Shown here: positions 29,607 to 40,607 of the stretch, one piece after another
How positions within the stretch are numbered: the stretch's first letter is position 1
Layout: every line of letters starts with the position of its first letter
NCBI GenBank assembly: GCA_000965745.1
Contig: CP009479.1
Location: 1,280,001 to 1,344,000, forward strand
Source: an uncultured archaeon
GTDB lineage: Archaea > Thermoplasmatota > Thermoplasmata > Thermoplasmatales > Thermoplasmataceae
Direction of reading: 5' to 3'
DNA length: 64,000 nucleotides
Translations under genes and position numbers: made by a program
Notes under the pieces: model-generated
The model's input: the letters and a program-made list of their open reading frames with translations, nothing else
Told to the model about the DNA's origin: nothing
Database searches by the model: none

Positions 29607-30104
29607 TTACTCGGGCTCATCTTTCTGCATTATCTTAAAAATGCTGTCCAAGACATCTTTCCTGCTTATGACTCCGACAATCTTCCCGTCGTCGACCACA
29701 GGCATCCTGTTTATCCTGTATTTGGAGAGGTAATGGAGCGCCACTTCTATGTTGTCATCTGATTTTACAGTTATGACCTTCTTCCACATGACATCCTTCA
29801 CGGGCGTTTCCCCTATCTTTTTCGCCTCAGCCTCAAATTTGCCGGCGTCGCTTCCGGTTGGTTCATAGAGGAACACTGCATCAAAGAGGGAGAGGTGGAG
29901 GGGGAGCCCAGAAGAAGCAAAATTTTCCTTGATTTTACTGATTATGTCCCTCTCTGTAACGAAGCCTGTCAGGTTGTTGTCCCGGTCAACTACCGGAGCT
30001 CCGGATACTGAATTGGACAGAAGGACTTTGGTCGCTTCCTGTAGTGTCATATCCTCACTGAGAACTATCACATCAGTACTCATGAAATCCTGAACAAGAG
30101 CCAT
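29607..30104 (-). CDS. CBS domain protein
   Basis: 'VSGAPVVD', 'RMPVVDDGKIVGVISRKD'. Confidence 0.9.
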   Translation of the reverse strand: MALVQDFMSTDVIVLSEDMTLQEATKVLLSNSVSGAPVVDRDNNLTGFVTERDIISKIKENFASSGLPLHLSLFDAVFLYEPTGSDAGKFEAEAKKIGETPVKDVMWKKVITVKSDDNIEVALHYLSKYRINRMPVVDDGKIVGVISRKDVLDSIFKIMQKDEPE

Positions 30105-30113
30105 GTTAAACCC

Positions 30114-30500
30114 TTACTTCTTTCTTCTCTTCACGTCGTAGAGGAACATTTTGTCATATTCCACGGAAACCTTGATCTTCTTTGCCTTCAGGATTTTGGC
30201 CATCCTTTCTGTTATGTCCTTGATATCCTCGGACATCAGTCCCCTGTAGATGATCATTTCCCTGTTCCCGAGGGGAAAAACCATCCTGAATTTGGCCCCT
30301 TCCTTTGTATAGCCAATTGGCTTCTTGTTCTTCCCAATCTCTTCCTTGTTCAATTCGAGGTAAAGGGAATCATACTGAGCCTCCTCCTGGTTCTGCTTAG
30401 TTTCTTTTGTTATTGCATCCCACATATCAGGGAATGCTTTATCGAGGTTTTTCCACTCGAAACCTTCATCAAAATATATATGGCCACTCCAGTTTTTCAC
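30114..30500 (-). CDS. Hypothetical protein
   Basis: 128-aa ORF co-oriented with the CBS gene. Confidence 0.7.
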   Translation of the reverse strand: MKNWSGHIYFDEGFEWKNLDKAFPDMWDAITKETKQNQEEAQYDSLYLELNKEEIGKNKKPIGYTKEGAKFRMVFPLGNREMIIYRGLMSEDIKDITERMAKILKAKKIKVSVEYDKMFLYDVKRRKK

Positions 30501-30661
30501 AACATTTCATATTAAAATCATTATTTAATCTTGCCCTCTCCACATAGGACCTTAAAGGCATGCTTAATTGACACCACATGTCATGGTGTTCGTTGCAAGC
30601 GCTCTGTCATGAGATGACGGCGAAACCATTAAAAGTCTGATGATTATAATCTGTGCACAAT

Positions 30662-30734
30662 AGCTCCGTGGTGTAGTGGCCAAGCATTACGGGCTCTGGA
30701 CCCGTCGACGGCAGTTCGAATCTGCCCGGAGCTA
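30662..30734 (+). tRNA. tRNA-Gln(CUG)
   Basis: AGCTCCG...ACGGG CTCTGGA CCCGT...GTTCGAATC...CGGAGCTA. Confidence 0.95.
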
Positions 30735-30852
30735 TCTCACAGAATACATTGAAAGACAGCATGCAGGTGCATTCAACACCTCAACATTGTTTCGCAGTTG
30801 TCGCTCCCCGATTAAGGAAAATAATATACTTATCGGACATTTACCAGTTCTT

Positions 30853-31338
30853 ATGAGCATGCCGGACCGAGAGGAAGAGGACTACACCTCAGACTACTGC
30901 GAAATCACAGACTCAACAATTCCAAGATCACACATTTTCTTCAGGTATGATGCTGAAATGAAGCTCGCTCTTGCATCTCTGGGACTTGCCGTATCCCAGG
31001 GGGAAAGAATCCAAGCTACAAGGGAAATTCTCGACATGCTGGACACGCTCTACAACAACATGATCGACCCGGACTCAGCCCTTCCGGACAGGCAGAGAAA
31101 AAATCTCAACCACGCAGACAGCGTTTGGCTCGACCTGAAAGAGAAACTCAGCCAGGGCAGTTCAAGGACAGCACACCTGTTTGCAGCCCATTCTCATATG
31201 CAACTTGCCTTGTCATACCTTATCGGACTTAAGAATGAAAAGGAGTTCTCGGAGCACATCAGCGATTATCTTATCAAGTACCTTGGAAAACTGAGTGTAT
31301 TCACTTACAGGGAAGCGATTGGGCACGTTATGCTTTGA
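30853..31338 (+). CDS. Hypothetical helical protein, distant PduO/EutT-like fold
   Basis: C-terminal 'AHLFAAH...YLGKLSVFTY' echoes the 'YLNRLSD.lF' motif. Confidence 0.5.
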   Translation: MSMPDREEEDYTSDYCEITDSTIPRSHIFFRYDAEMKLALASLGLAVSQGERIQATREILDMLDTLYNNMIDPDSALPDRQRKNLNHADSVWLDLKEKLSQGSSRTAHLFAAHSHMQLALSYLIGLKNEKEFSEHISDYLIKYLGKLSVFTYREAIGHVML

Positions 31339-32164
31339 GCATTTCGTCGAGATATTTTGAGTAGGTCATTGGCTCCTTGACCCACCTGTTCAGCTGTGAG
31401 GTCTCTCTGTAGTAATCAAGGAGAAGCATTTTTACCCTTTCAGCAGAAATTATTCCAGTACCGTCTATACCTTCTACCGCTTTCTTGATTCCTCCGGGCC
31501 TGTTCTTTATTGCAAATGGTTTCTTTCCTCTCTTTTCCCTTATCATGTTCACCATGTCCGCAAAGCTGATCTTCTCAAATGAATTCAGGTAAACTGCACC
31601 GTTTATGCTCCCTGAGTTTTCAATCACTTTGACAAAGTCGTCTATGTAAACTGGAGCAAGGCTCTTGCCAAACGGAAGCTTGATCTTCTCATTGGAAAGT
31701 TTTACAAGCATATCTGTGAGTGGGTCTCCCCTGCCATAAACGATGGATGTTCTTACATTAAGGTGGTTCTTGTACAAGTCTACATTGTCTTCGGCTATTC
31801 TTCTTGTCCTGAAGTATTCAAAGGAACCGTAATGAACATTTATGGCAGAGATGAAAATCAGCCTCTGATCTGTATCGTTCTTTTTCATGGCGTTTACGAC
31901 GTTCTTTGTTCCGGTTACTGTGACATCATAATGCTTCTGCTCCTTCTCATCCCAGACACCTGAGGCGTTGACTACCATGTCATAGTCCTTCACTGCAGAA
32001 GCCACTTTTTCCTCGTCCAGGATATCTCCTTCATACCATTTGAATCCAGATTTCTCAAGTTCTCCAGACTTATGCCTGGAATAGTATGCCACTTCGTCGG
32101 CATTGACGAGCTTGACAATATTGCTTCCAATGTATCCGGAACCACCAAAGACGATAACTTTCAT
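31328..32164 (-). CDS. NAD-dependent epimerase/dehydratase (atypical SDR)
   Basis: 'VFGGSGYIG' Rossmann motif. Confidence 0.85.
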   Translation of the reverse strand: MKVIVFGGSGYIGSNIVKLVNADEVAYYSRHKSGELEKSGFKWYEGDILDEEKVASAVKDYDMVVNASGVWDEKEQKHYDVTVTGTKNVVNAMKKNDTDQRLIFISAINVHYGSFEYFRTRRIAEDNVDLYKNHLNVRTSIVYGRGDPLTDMLVKLSNEKIKLPFGKSLAPVYIDDFVKVIENSGSINGAVYLNSFEKISFADMVNMIREKRGKKPFAIKNRPGGIKKAVEGIDGTGIISAERVKMLLLDYYRETSQLNRWVKEPMTYSKYLDEMLKA

Positions 32165-32284
32165 CTTATGGTTAATCTGCCTAGTTTATTTAAAAAATGG
32201 TATCTGCTTTAATCCAAAATAAGGCTTAAGGTGTGATATTCATATTCATTCCAGAATTTTAATAAGATCAATTCCCATTGAACC

Positions 32285-33553
32285 ATGGTTTTTATGAAGC
32301 ACGAGGGAAAAAAAGTTTACATGGTGTCGGGAGGGGTTACCAAATTTGCTAAATCCACGCCTGACATGGACTTCAGGCTGAGGGTCAAGAAAGCTTTTGA
32401 CTACGCAATGAAGGACGCAGGCATGAAGCTGACCGACATAGATGGTTCGGTAGCATCGTATTTCTCGGACCATTTCCAGAGGCAGCTTATGTCGGGAATC
32501 ATGGCACAGGATTATCTGGGCCTAACACCAAAGCCAAGCAAGAGAGTCGAAGGCGGAGGCGCGACAGGAGGTTTGGCATTCCAGGCCGGGTTTGAGGAAA
32601 TTGCATCGGGCAGGATGGACACTTGTGCGGTTTATGGTTTTGAGACCATGTCCCACGTAAACACCTGGAAGGGGAATGAATTCATCGCCTTGGCGAGTGA
32701 TACAAATTTCGACTATCCCGTTGGTGGATTTTACACAGGATATTACGCAATGATGGCGGTCAGGCATATGCACGAATTTGGGACAACGCCTGAACAGCTC
32801 GCAAAGGTATCAATCAAGAATCACGGAAACGCCATCAATAATCCATATTCGCAGAGCCCAATGAAACTCACTGTGGAAGATGTCAGGAATTCCCCGATGG
32901 TGTCTTACCCACTGACAAGGCTTGATGTCTGTGCAATGTCGGACGGTGCAGCGGTGTCAATTCTCGCTTCGGAAGAGAAAGCTTTCGAGCTTTCAGACCA
33001 CCCTGTCCTCGTAAAGAGCATAGGGACAGGGACTGATACAATGAGGCTGGCAGACAGGCCATTCGGAAAAGTTCCTCTATTGCATAATGAGACGGAGGCT
33101 GACTATGCAAAGCTCCAGTACCCGGGAATACATTCGTTCAGGGCTGGAAGGAGTGCCGCAAAAGAAGCATACGAGGCTGCAGGCATAACCGATCCACTTA
33201 ACGAGCTGGACATCGTGGAGCTTCACGACGCATACACTTCATCAGAAGTGCAGACTTACGAAGACCTCGGACTGTGCAAGTACGGTGAAGGCGGACAGTT
33301 CGTAGAGGAAGGGAAAGCCGATCTTAACGGAAAAGTCGCGGTAAATCCGTCGGGAGGTCTTCTCGCCTGCGGGCACCCGGTTGGAGCAACGGGAATAATG
33401 CAGTCAGTTTTCATGTTCTGGCAGCTTCAGCACAGCATAAAGAAACATTTTGGAAACGACAAGCTCCAGGTGCCGAATGCAAAAAGGGGACTGATACACA
33501 GCCATGCCGGAACCGGTACATATGTTACAGCATCGATAATGGAGGCGGTATAA
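32285..33553 (+). CDS. SCP2-type thiolase-domain protein
   Basis: 'SDGAA', 'ELHDAY', 'VNPSGGL..GHPVGATG'. Confidence 0.88.
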   Translation: MVFMKHEGKKVYMVSGGVTKFAKSTPDMDFRLRVKKAFDYAMKDAGMKLTDIDGSVASYFSDHFQRQLMSGIMAQDYLGLTPKPSKRVEGGGATGGLAFQAGFEEIASGRMDTCAVYGFETMSHVNTWKGNEFIALASDTNFDYPVGGFYTGYYAMMAVRHMHEFGTTPEQLAKVSIKNHGNAINNPYSQSPMKLTVEDVRNSPMVSYPLTRLDVCAMSDGAAVSILASEEKAFELSDHPVLVKSIGTGTDTMRLADRPFGKVPLLHNETEADYAKLQYPGIHSFRAGRSAAKEAYEAAGITDPLNELDIVELHDAYTSSEVQTYEDLGLCKYGEGGQFVEEGKADLNGKVAVNPSGGLLACGHPVGATGIMQSVFMFWQLQHSIKKHFGNDKLQVPNAKRGLIHSHAGTGTYVTASIMEAV

Positions 33554-34051
33554 ATGGTGTTAAACCCGGACGCTAAAATTCCTGAAACACAGGATGGAAC
33601 AGAAGTGTACAACGTAGATCCGCTGATAGTCAAGTCAAGCTATTCCATCGACTATATACACAGCTATGCCCAGGATTCTGAATTCTTCAGGGCCCTTGGC
33701 AGGAAAAAGCTACTTGGAAGCAAGTGCAAGGAATGCGGGTACAAATATGCAACCCCGAGAGGTCATTGCATGATGTGCGGTGCAGAGACAGAATGGGTCG
33801 AAATTCCCAATGAAGGAAAGGTCCACTCATACACTACGTGTTACTTCGGAAGTGAAGCATTCCTGCCTGAGACTCCGTTTAACCTGGTCATGGTTGAGTT
33901 TGAGGGTTTTGACTCACTGTTTCTTGCAAGGCTTATCGGAGCGGACCAGGAAGACCTTTACGTCGGAATGCCAATAAGGGCAAGGTTCAAGAGAAACCTG
34001 AAGTTCAGCCCGACGGATGTATATTTTGTGCCGATAGTGGACAAGAAGTAA
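33554..34051 (+). CDS. DUF35 Zn-ribbon/OB-fold protein (thiolase partner)
   Basis: CKEC...CMMC followed by 'GKVHSYT'. Confidence 0.88.
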   Translation: MVLNPDAKIPETQDGTEVYNVDPLIVKSSYSIDYIHSYAQDSEFFRALGRKKLLGSKCKECGYKYATPRGHCMMCGAETEWVEIPNEGKVHSYTTCYFGSEAFLPETPFNLVMVEFEGFDSLFLARLIGADQEDLYVGMPIRARFKRNLKFSPTDVYFVPIVDKK

Positions 34052-34127
34052 GACTCATCCCCGGCACCACTTTCTTTTTTCTTTTCCGACCGCAAAAAAA
34101 TCTATAGATCGAATAGGATACGGTTCT

Positions 34128-35726
34128 GTGTCTCAGTTCTCAAACGAAAATGATGACGTTTTCCTGATCAAACTCCAGAGGATGATTGACAGGGGAGCAC
34201 TTATTTCAAGGTACAGCAGGACATCAAACCCTGACATTCGGGACCTTTACAGGAAGGAATTCGAAAAGGACGAATCCCGGGGTGCAGACTTCTACAAGCG
34301 CGTATTCCTGGAATACGGAGACGAATCAGTCGCAGAACTTGTTACAGCACAGGTCGGGCTTCAGAACGTCACGAACATTGCAACCAAAGTTCTCGAGGAG
34401 GGGAGGATCGGCCTGTCCTTCATCGAAAAATCTTCCAGGTACGTCAGGTACGACAAGAAGGCAAACGGAAGATACCTGTTCGCAAGCGCTGAAAAAATAG
34501 GGTTGAACAGGTCTCTAGCCGAACTTTATGAAGATCACTGCAACGCTCTTTTTGAGACATATTCAGATTTTTACAACCTTATAAGAGAAGAAATCCGCGA
34601 GGAATACCCCATTGGGAAATTCGCGTTCAAGGACTCCTCCGATGGAAAACAAAAGCCATTTGGCGAACTTAAGGAGGAATCAGACCTCAAGATTGCGGAG
34701 AAATCATATGAGAGCTCTGTAAGGGCCAAGGCTCTTGACGAGATAAGGTTCCTGCTTCCGGCCTCAACACTCACGAATATGGGAATATCCGGAAACGGCA
34801 GAGCCTTCATCTCCCTGCTCCAGAGGCTACATCACTACGGACTGCCTGAAACTGTTAAACTATCGGATTCACTCTTCAGGGAACTTGAAGGGGAATTCCC
34901 GGAGATCATTGATGCATCATTCTCAAAACATGGCCAGGAAATGCTCGATTACCTGGCTCGAAAGGACGCTGCCTCAAGGGCCGAATTAGACGGTGGTTCC
35001 TCACTTCCGCTGGTAAAACTAGTGTCACACGACGAAGAGCTGTCCGCTATAAACAGGATACTATCCCTTTCAGGCTTCAGTGAAACCGGCGACCTTCCCG
35101 GAGCAATGGAAAAGATCGAATCCATGCCTGTTGGGGAAAAAATATCCCTGATACACCAGCTCGGGAACGTACGTGAAAACAGGAGGCACAAACCCGGGCG
35201 TGCGTTCGAGTCCACATCATACACATTCCAGGTCACAACAAACTACGGAGCCTTCAGGGATTTTCAGCGCCACCGGTTTATCTCAGTAATAAGGGGCGAT
35301 CTGTCAACCAAATACGGCTACGACATCCCTGAATTGATTTACATGCACCCGGACATGAGCGAGAGATACGTGAATATGATGGAACTCACCAAGAAAGTCT
35401 ACAAGGGTATATACAATAAGGACGGACCCAGGATGGCGCAGTATATTGTCCCCTACGCCTACAGGTACCCTGTTGCAGCGACGATGAACTTCAGGGAACT
35501 CACGTATTTCATAGAACTCAGGTCAACACCCCAGGCTCATGAGGACCTGAGAAGGATTGCCGTATCCATGTATAACGAGGTCAAGAAGGTGCACCCGGAC
35601 CTTGTTCAGGTCATAAAATTTCTTGACAGCACGACCTACCCCCTGGGGCGTGTCGCTGCCGAGTCGCGCAAAGAGGAGAGGATAAGGAACCTGGATGAAA
35701 ACATGGGAGGCCGTAACCCGAACTGA
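34128..35726 (+). CDS. thyX: FAD-dependent thymidylate synthase, tandem-domain form
   Basis: 'YGDESVAEL', 'EKSSRY', 'QRHR', 'ELRS..QAH'. Confidence 0.88.
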   Translation: MSQFSNENDDVFLIKLQRMIDRGALISRYSRTSNPDIRDLYRKEFEKDESRGADFYKRVFLEYGDESVAELVTAQVGLQNVTNIATKVLEEGRIGLSFIEKSSRYVRYDKKANGRYLFASAEKIGLNRSLAELYEDHCNALFETYSDFYNLIREEIREEYPIGKFAFKDSSDGKQKPFGELKEESDLKIAEKSYESSVRAKALDEIRFLLPASTLTNMGISGNGRAFISLLQRLHHYGLPETVKLSDSLFRELEGEFPEIIDASFSKHGQEMLDYLARKDAASRAELDGGSSLPLVKLVSHDEELSAINRILSLSGFSETGDLPGAMEKIESMPVGEKISLIHQLGNVRENRRHKPGRAFESTSYTFQVTTNYGAFRDFQRHRFISVIRGDLSTKYGYDIPELIYMHPDMSERYVNMMELTKKVYKGIYNKDGPRMAQYIVPYAYRYPVAATMNFRELTYFIELRSTPQAHEDLRRIAVSMYNEVKKVHPDLVQVIKFLDSTTYPLGRVAAESRKEERIRNLDENMGGRNPN

Positions 35727-35868
35727 GGTTGCGGAATAACCCATGGGAGCAGTTAGCACAGATACCTTAAAATATGCGCATTTTAAGACAGTTTCATGGG
35801 ACAGGTTGTCTTAACAAAGTTTATATTGAAGAACATATTTATCCGCCTACTAAAAGGTGAATGATTAA

Positions 35869-37482
35869 ATGTTATCGGGACAGATGCCAATTTTAGTTCT
35901 TAGGGAAGGCACTTCGAGAGAGCAGGGAAGAAGTGCCCAGAAAAACAACATAGAAGCTGCGAAAGCCATTGCTGATGCAATTAGGACTACACTTGGCCCA
36001 AACGGTATGGACAAGATGCTTGTTGACTCCATCGGGGATATCATTATCTCAAACGATGGGGCAACCATCCTGAAGGAAATGGATGTTGATCATCCTACGG
36101 CCAAGATGATAGTTGAAGTTGCCAAATCACAGGACACCGCTGTGGGAGACGGAACCACTTCCGCTGTCATACTGGCGGGCGAGTTGCTGAAACAGGCTGA
36201 ATCACTTCTGGAGCAGGGAGTTCATTCAACAGTCATAGCGAATGGATACTACATGGCGCTAGCAGAAGCAAAGAAAGTGCTTGACTCCGCATCAATCAAG
36301 GCCAGCGACGACAAAACCCTGAAGAAGATTGCACTTACGGCACTTTCGGGCAAGAACACCGGTGTGTCAAGCGACTTCCTCGCAGAAATAGTGGTTCAGG
36401 CAATCAACGCGGTTGCTGAAAAAGTGGATGGGAAAGTAGTGGTTGACACTGCAAACATCAAGGTTGACAAGAAAAACGGCGGCAGCGCTTCTGACACATC
36501 CCTCATCAACGGCCTTATTGTTGACAAGGAGAAAGTGCACTCCAAGATGCCATCAATAGTCAACGACGCAAAGATCGCTCTGGTCGATTCCGCACTGGAA
36601 ATAAAGAAGACCGAAATCGAAGCAAAAGTGCAGATATCCGACCCCACAAAGATACAGGATTTCCTGGCACAGGAGTCCGGAACATTCAAGAAAATGGTCG
36701 AAAAAGTCAAGTCTTCCGGCGCCACCGTTGTACTCTGCCAGAAGGGCATTGACGACATAGCACAGCACTACCTTGCCAAGGAAGGCATATATGCGGTCAG
36801 AAGGGTGAAGAAGAGCGACATGGAGAAGCTTGCGAAAGCCACAGGTGCCAAACTCATAACAAACCTCGACGATCTTTTATCAAGCAGCCTGGGAAAAGCC
36901 GAGAGAGTAGAGGAGAAGAAGATCGGCGATGACAGGATGACCTTCATTACCGGATGCGCAAACCCAAAAGCTGTCAACATACTGATAAGGGGAGGAACAG
37001 AGCATGTTGTTTCTGAAATTGAAAGGGCAATCCACGACGCAATCAGGGTAGTCGGATTGGTCAAGGAAGATGGAAGATACCTGCCAGGCGGCGGAGCCAT
37101 CGATGCCGAACTTGCAATGAAGATCAGGTCTTTCTCCAACTCAGTCGGTGGAAGGGAACAGCTCGCGGTCGAAGCTTTCGCAAAGGCGCTTGAAGTTATA
37201 CCAAGAACTCTTGCGGAAAATGCAGGGCTTGACCCAATAAACACGCTCATCGAGCTTAAGGCTCAACATGAGAAAGGAAACAGCACATACGGTGTAAACT
37301 TCGAGGAGAGCACTGTTTCCGACATGGCAAAGCTTGGTGTCTTCGATCCTCTGAGTGTAAAGCGACACGCTCTTGGAAGCGCTGTCGAAGTCTCTGCTAT
37401 GATCCTGAGGATAGATGACGTCATAGCAAGCAGGAAGAGCGGAGGGGCAGGCGCACCTGGCGGCGGAATGCCGGGAATGTAA
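35869..37482 (+). CDS. thsA: Thermosome alpha subunit
   Basis: 'GMDKML', 'NDGATIL', 'GDGTTS', GGM tail. Confidence 0.95.
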   Translation: MLSGQMPILVLREGTSREQGRSAQKNNIEAAKAIADAIRTTLGPNGMDKMLVDSIGDIIISNDGATILKEMDVDHPTAKMIVEVAKSQDTAVGDGTTSAVILAGELLKQAESLLEQGVHSTVIANGYYMALAEAKKVLDSASIKASDDKTLKKIALTALSGKNTGVSSDFLAEIVVQAINAVAEKVDGKVVVDTANIKVDKKNGGSASDTSLINGLIVDKEKVHSKMPSIVNDAKIALVDSALEIKKTEIEAKVQISDPTKIQDFLAQESGTFKKMVEKVKSSGATVVLCQKGIDDIAQHYLAKEGIYAVRRVKKSDMEKLAKATGAKLITNLDDLLSSSLGKAERVEEKKIGDDRMTFITGCANPKAVNILIRGGTEHVVSEIERAIHDAIRVVGLVKEDGRYLPGGGAIDAELAMKIRSFSNSVGGREQLAVEAFAKALEVIPRTLAENAGLDPINTLIELKAQHEKGNSTYGVNFEESTVSDMAKLGVFDPLSVKRHALGSAVEVSAMILRIDDVIASRKSGGAGAPGGGMPGM

Positions 37483-37543
37483 GCTCTATATTTTATTATA
37501 CACCAATTTTTTATTTCATATCCTGATGCAGTTCTGAACTTTT

Positions 37544-38518
37544 ATGGATCTGCAGTTTAACATTTCCAGGAAATCCTCTGAAGAGGACGAGAGAAGGGAT
37601 TTTGACTTCATAGTTATTGGTGCTGGGGCAGCAGGGCTTTCCGCGGCGGTTTATGCAGTAAGGTCAGGTCTCAGTGCAGTTGTATTGGACAAACAGGTTG
37701 CCGGGGGCCTCACTGCCGAATCGCCGCTTGTTGAGAACTATCTTGGCTTCAAGGCTATAAAGGGGACAGATCTCGCAAGGGAGTTCATCAACCATGCATC
37801 GGAATATGTCCAGATCAGGGAAAACGCAGAAGTAAACAGCATCAGGAAAGAAGGCGATCTTGTCAAGATATACGCTTCGGACGGGGAATACACAGCAAAG
37901 GCAGTTGCTATCACTACGGGAACCTCACACAAGAAACTCGGGATTCCCGGTGAAGAAGAGTACTTCGGAAAGGGGCTTTCGTACTGTTCCACATGTGATG
38001 GATATCTCTTCAAGGGAAAGGATGTTGTAGTCATAGGCGGCGGCAATTCGGGAGCAATCGCCACGATATCCATGTCAGAATACACGAACAGGATATCAAT
38101 AATAGAGTTCATGCCCAGGTATATGTGCGAGAAGGCTTACGTGCGGACAATAGAAAACAAGGAGATTCCATACATATTGAACTCCCAGGTCACTGAAGTG
38201 GTTGGAGATGGCAAGAAGGTTACTGAAGTTAAGTACAAGAACAGGGAATCAGGCGAAATGAATGAAATAAAGACAGATGGCGTATTCATTTACGTAGGTC
38301 TTGTGCCGCAAACATCTCTCCTCAAGGGGTCCGGGGTGGAACTTTCAGAGAAAGGGTACATTGTCATTGACGACAAGGGCAGAACGAACATAGAAGGGAT
38401 TTACGCAGCAGGAGACGTGACCCAGGGAACACTGGCACAGATTGCGACCGCTGTGGGTGACGGATGCAAGGTTGCCCTGACAGCATATTCCGATCTTGTA
38501 AAGTCCGGAAGGCGCTAA
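37544..38518 (+). CDS. trxB: Thioredoxin reductase-like flavoprotein
   Basis: GAGAAG, 'SYCSTCDG', 'AAGDV'. Confidence 0.9.
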   Translation: MDLQFNISRKSSEEDERRDFDFIVIGAGAAGLSAAVYAVRSGLSAVVLDKQVAGGLTAESPLVENYLGFKAIKGTDLAREFINHASEYVQIRENAEVNSIRKEGDLVKIYASDGEYTAKAVAITTGTSHKKLGIPGEEEYFGKGLSYCSTCDGYLFKGKDVVVIGGGNSGAIATISMSEYTNRISIIEFMPRYMCEKAYVRTIENKEIPYILNSQVTEVVGDGKKVTEVKYKNRESGEMNEIKTDGVFIYVGLVPQTSLLKGSGVELSEKGYIVIDDKGRTNIEGIYAAGDVTQGTLAQIATAVGDGCKVALTAYSDLVKSGRR

Positions 38519-38636
38519 ACTTTCAAAGCTATTTTTCGACAAAATGGTGAATAATTCCCATTCCCACCCATAATTTCAGTTCATATATAATTGGACAGGT
38601 TTATTAATTTTCAATATATGCCGATTCGGTGGTTCA

Positions 38637-39743
38637 TTGAATCTTTACGAATATATGGGTAAGTCCATATTCAAACAGTACGGCTTGCCTGTTCCGGAAA
38701 GTTACCTTGTCGAGAAAGAAAGTGATGTAAAGAGTTTTACCAGGCCTGTGGTTGTGAAGTCTCAGATTCTACTTGGCGGAAGGGGCAAATCAGGAGGAAT
38801 AAAATTTGCCAAGAGCGAAAAGGAACTCACGCAGGGGGTCAAGGAACTTCTGGGCTCGAAGATAAGGGGACTCACAGTCACGAAAGTGCTTGTCGAGGAG
38901 ATGCTCAACATAGGCAAGGAATATTATGTGAGTATTGCCCTTAACAGAACCGACAGGGCACCCGTCCTTATTGCAACATCAGCCGGCGGGGTAGAGATAG
39001 AATCGGTCCCCGAGGATAAGATTTTCAAGAGGACTATTGATCCGCTTCTCGGCTATTCCGATTTCATTGGAAGAGAAGCAACTCAGTTCATGGGCCTGTC
39101 CCCGGAAATCGGAAAGCAGTTCAGGGGTATATTGAAGGGGCTCTATGAAATCTTTGTGAAAGAGGACTGTGAACTTGTTGAGATAAACCCGCTGGTCGAA
39201 ACAAAAGAAGGAAGGCTTATGGCCGCAGATTCCAAGGTTATAATGGACTCAGACTCCATGTTCAGGCATCCTGATATAGATATCACCGATCCTGAAAAGA
39301 CGCCTCTCGAACTCGAAGCGCAGGGAAGGGGCTACTCTTTCGTGGAGCTTCAGGGAGACATTGGAGTCATAGCCAACGGAGCAGGCCTCACAATGGCGAC
39401 CCTTGACGGCCTGACACTTCACAACGGAAAACCAAGGAATTTCCTGGACCTTGGAGGAACCGACAGTGTTGACATAGTGGTCAATGCTTTCGAGATGGTC
39501 ATGAAAGCAGATCCGAAAGCAATTCTCGTGAATATATTCGGTGGTGTTACAAAATGTGATACCGTTGCCAACGGAATTGTGGCAGCTAAGGAGAGACTAT
39601 CCATCCAGAAGCCTATTGTAGTGAGGCTCAGTGGAGTACACGAGGACGAGGGAAGAAGGATTCTTTCCGACAATGGAATTGAATCATACCCGGGAATGAT
39701 GCAGGCAATTGAGAGCGTTGTCAAGAAAGTGGGAGGTAACTAA
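38637..39743 (+). CDS. sucC: Succinyl-CoA synthetase beta subunit
   Basis: 'NLYEY', 'GGRGKSGG', 'EINPL', 'NGAGL', 'NFLDLGG'. Confidence 0.95.
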   Translation: MNLYEYMGKSIFKQYGLPVPESYLVEKESDVKSFTRPVVVKSQILLGGRGKSGGIKFAKSEKELTQGVKELLGSKIRGLTVTKVLVEEMLNIGKEYYVSIALNRTDRAPVLIATSAGGVEIESVPEDKIFKRTIDPLLGYSDFIGREATQFMGLSPEIGKQFRGILKGLYEIFVKEDCELVEINPLVETKEGRLMAADSKVIMDSDSMFRHPDIDITDPEKTPLELEAQGRGYSFVELQGDIGVIANGAGLTMATLDGLTLHNGKPRNFLDLGGTDSVDIVVNAFEMVMKADPKAILVNIFGGVTKCDTVANGIVAAKERLSIQKPIVVRLSGVHEDEGRRILSDNGIESYPGMMQAIESVVKKVGGN

Positions 39744-39744
39744 C

Positions 39745-40602
39745 ATGTCAGTTATAGTTGATAAGGACACCAGGGTAATTGTGCAGGGAATCACAGGGCA
39801 TCAGGGCTCATTCCATGCAGGTGAGATGCTGAAATTCGGCACAAACATTGTTGCGGGAGTATCTCCGGGAAAAGGCGGCCAGAAGTTCCAGGACAAAGTG
39901 CCTATATACAATTCCATAAGGGAGACACTTCACCTTGAGCCAAATGCCACGATGATTTCAGTGCCTGCACCTCTAGTGAAGGACGCAGCTTTCGAAGCCA
40001 TGGACGCAGGACTGAAGGTCGTGTACATACTCACGGAACATGTTCCTTTCCACGACTCTATGCTTATCGTGCACCACGCAAGGAGGAAAGGCGCAACCGT
40101 TATAGGGCCAAACGGACCCGGTGTGACTGTCCCCGGAGTGTGCAAGATGGGCATAATGCCAAACCAGATATTCAGGGACGGTGACGTTGCTGTGGCCTCA
40201 AGGAGTGGAACACTCACATACGAGATAGTCGAAGCCATCACCAACAGCGGAATGGGTGAGAGCGCGGTCATTGGCCTGGGGGGAGACCCAGTGGTAGGGC
40301 TGACTTTCATTGACGTTCTTGACATGTTTGAGGCAGACGAGAAGACCAAGAAGATTGTCCTCGTTGGTGAGATTGGCGGAAACAACGAGGAGATAGCTGC
40401 AGAATACATCAAGCACAATATCTCAAAGCCTGTGGTTGCCTACATAACTGGAAGAAGCGCCCCCCCTGGAAAGAGGATGGGGCACGCCGGAGCAATCATA
40501 GAGCGGGGAGTAGGAACCGCTGACTCCAAGATAAAGGCATTCAATGCCGCAGGAGTCAAGGTAGCCGACTATCCGCAGGATGTTCCAAAACTTCTGAGGT
40601 GA
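39745..40602 (+). CDS. sucD: Succinyl-CoA synthetase alpha subunit
   Basis: 'VQGITG', 'SRSGTLTYE', 'RMGHAGAI'. Confidence 0.95.
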   Translation: MSVIVDKDTRVIVQGITGHQGSFHAGEMLKFGTNIVAGVSPGKGGQKFQDKVPIYNSIRETLHLEPNATMISVPAPLVKDAAFEAMDAGLKVVYILTEHVPFHDSMLIVHHARRKGATVIGPNGPGVTVPGVCKMGIMPNQIFRDGDVAVASRSGTLTYEIVEAITNSGMGESAVIGLGGDPVVGLTFIDVLDMFEADEKTKKIVLVGEIGGNNEEIAAEYIKHNISKPVVAYITGRSAPPGKRMGHAGAIIERGVGTADSKIKAFNAAGVKVADYPQDVPKLLR

Positions 40603-40607
40603 GCGCA

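Noticed and set aside
30676-30852. N-terminal extension of ORF 30676-31338
   Set aside because: Overlaps tRNA-Gln; the real start is probably ATG 30853
35752-35780. CIRCE-like TTAGCAC upstream of thsA
   Set aside because: The second half-site GAGTGCTAA is absent
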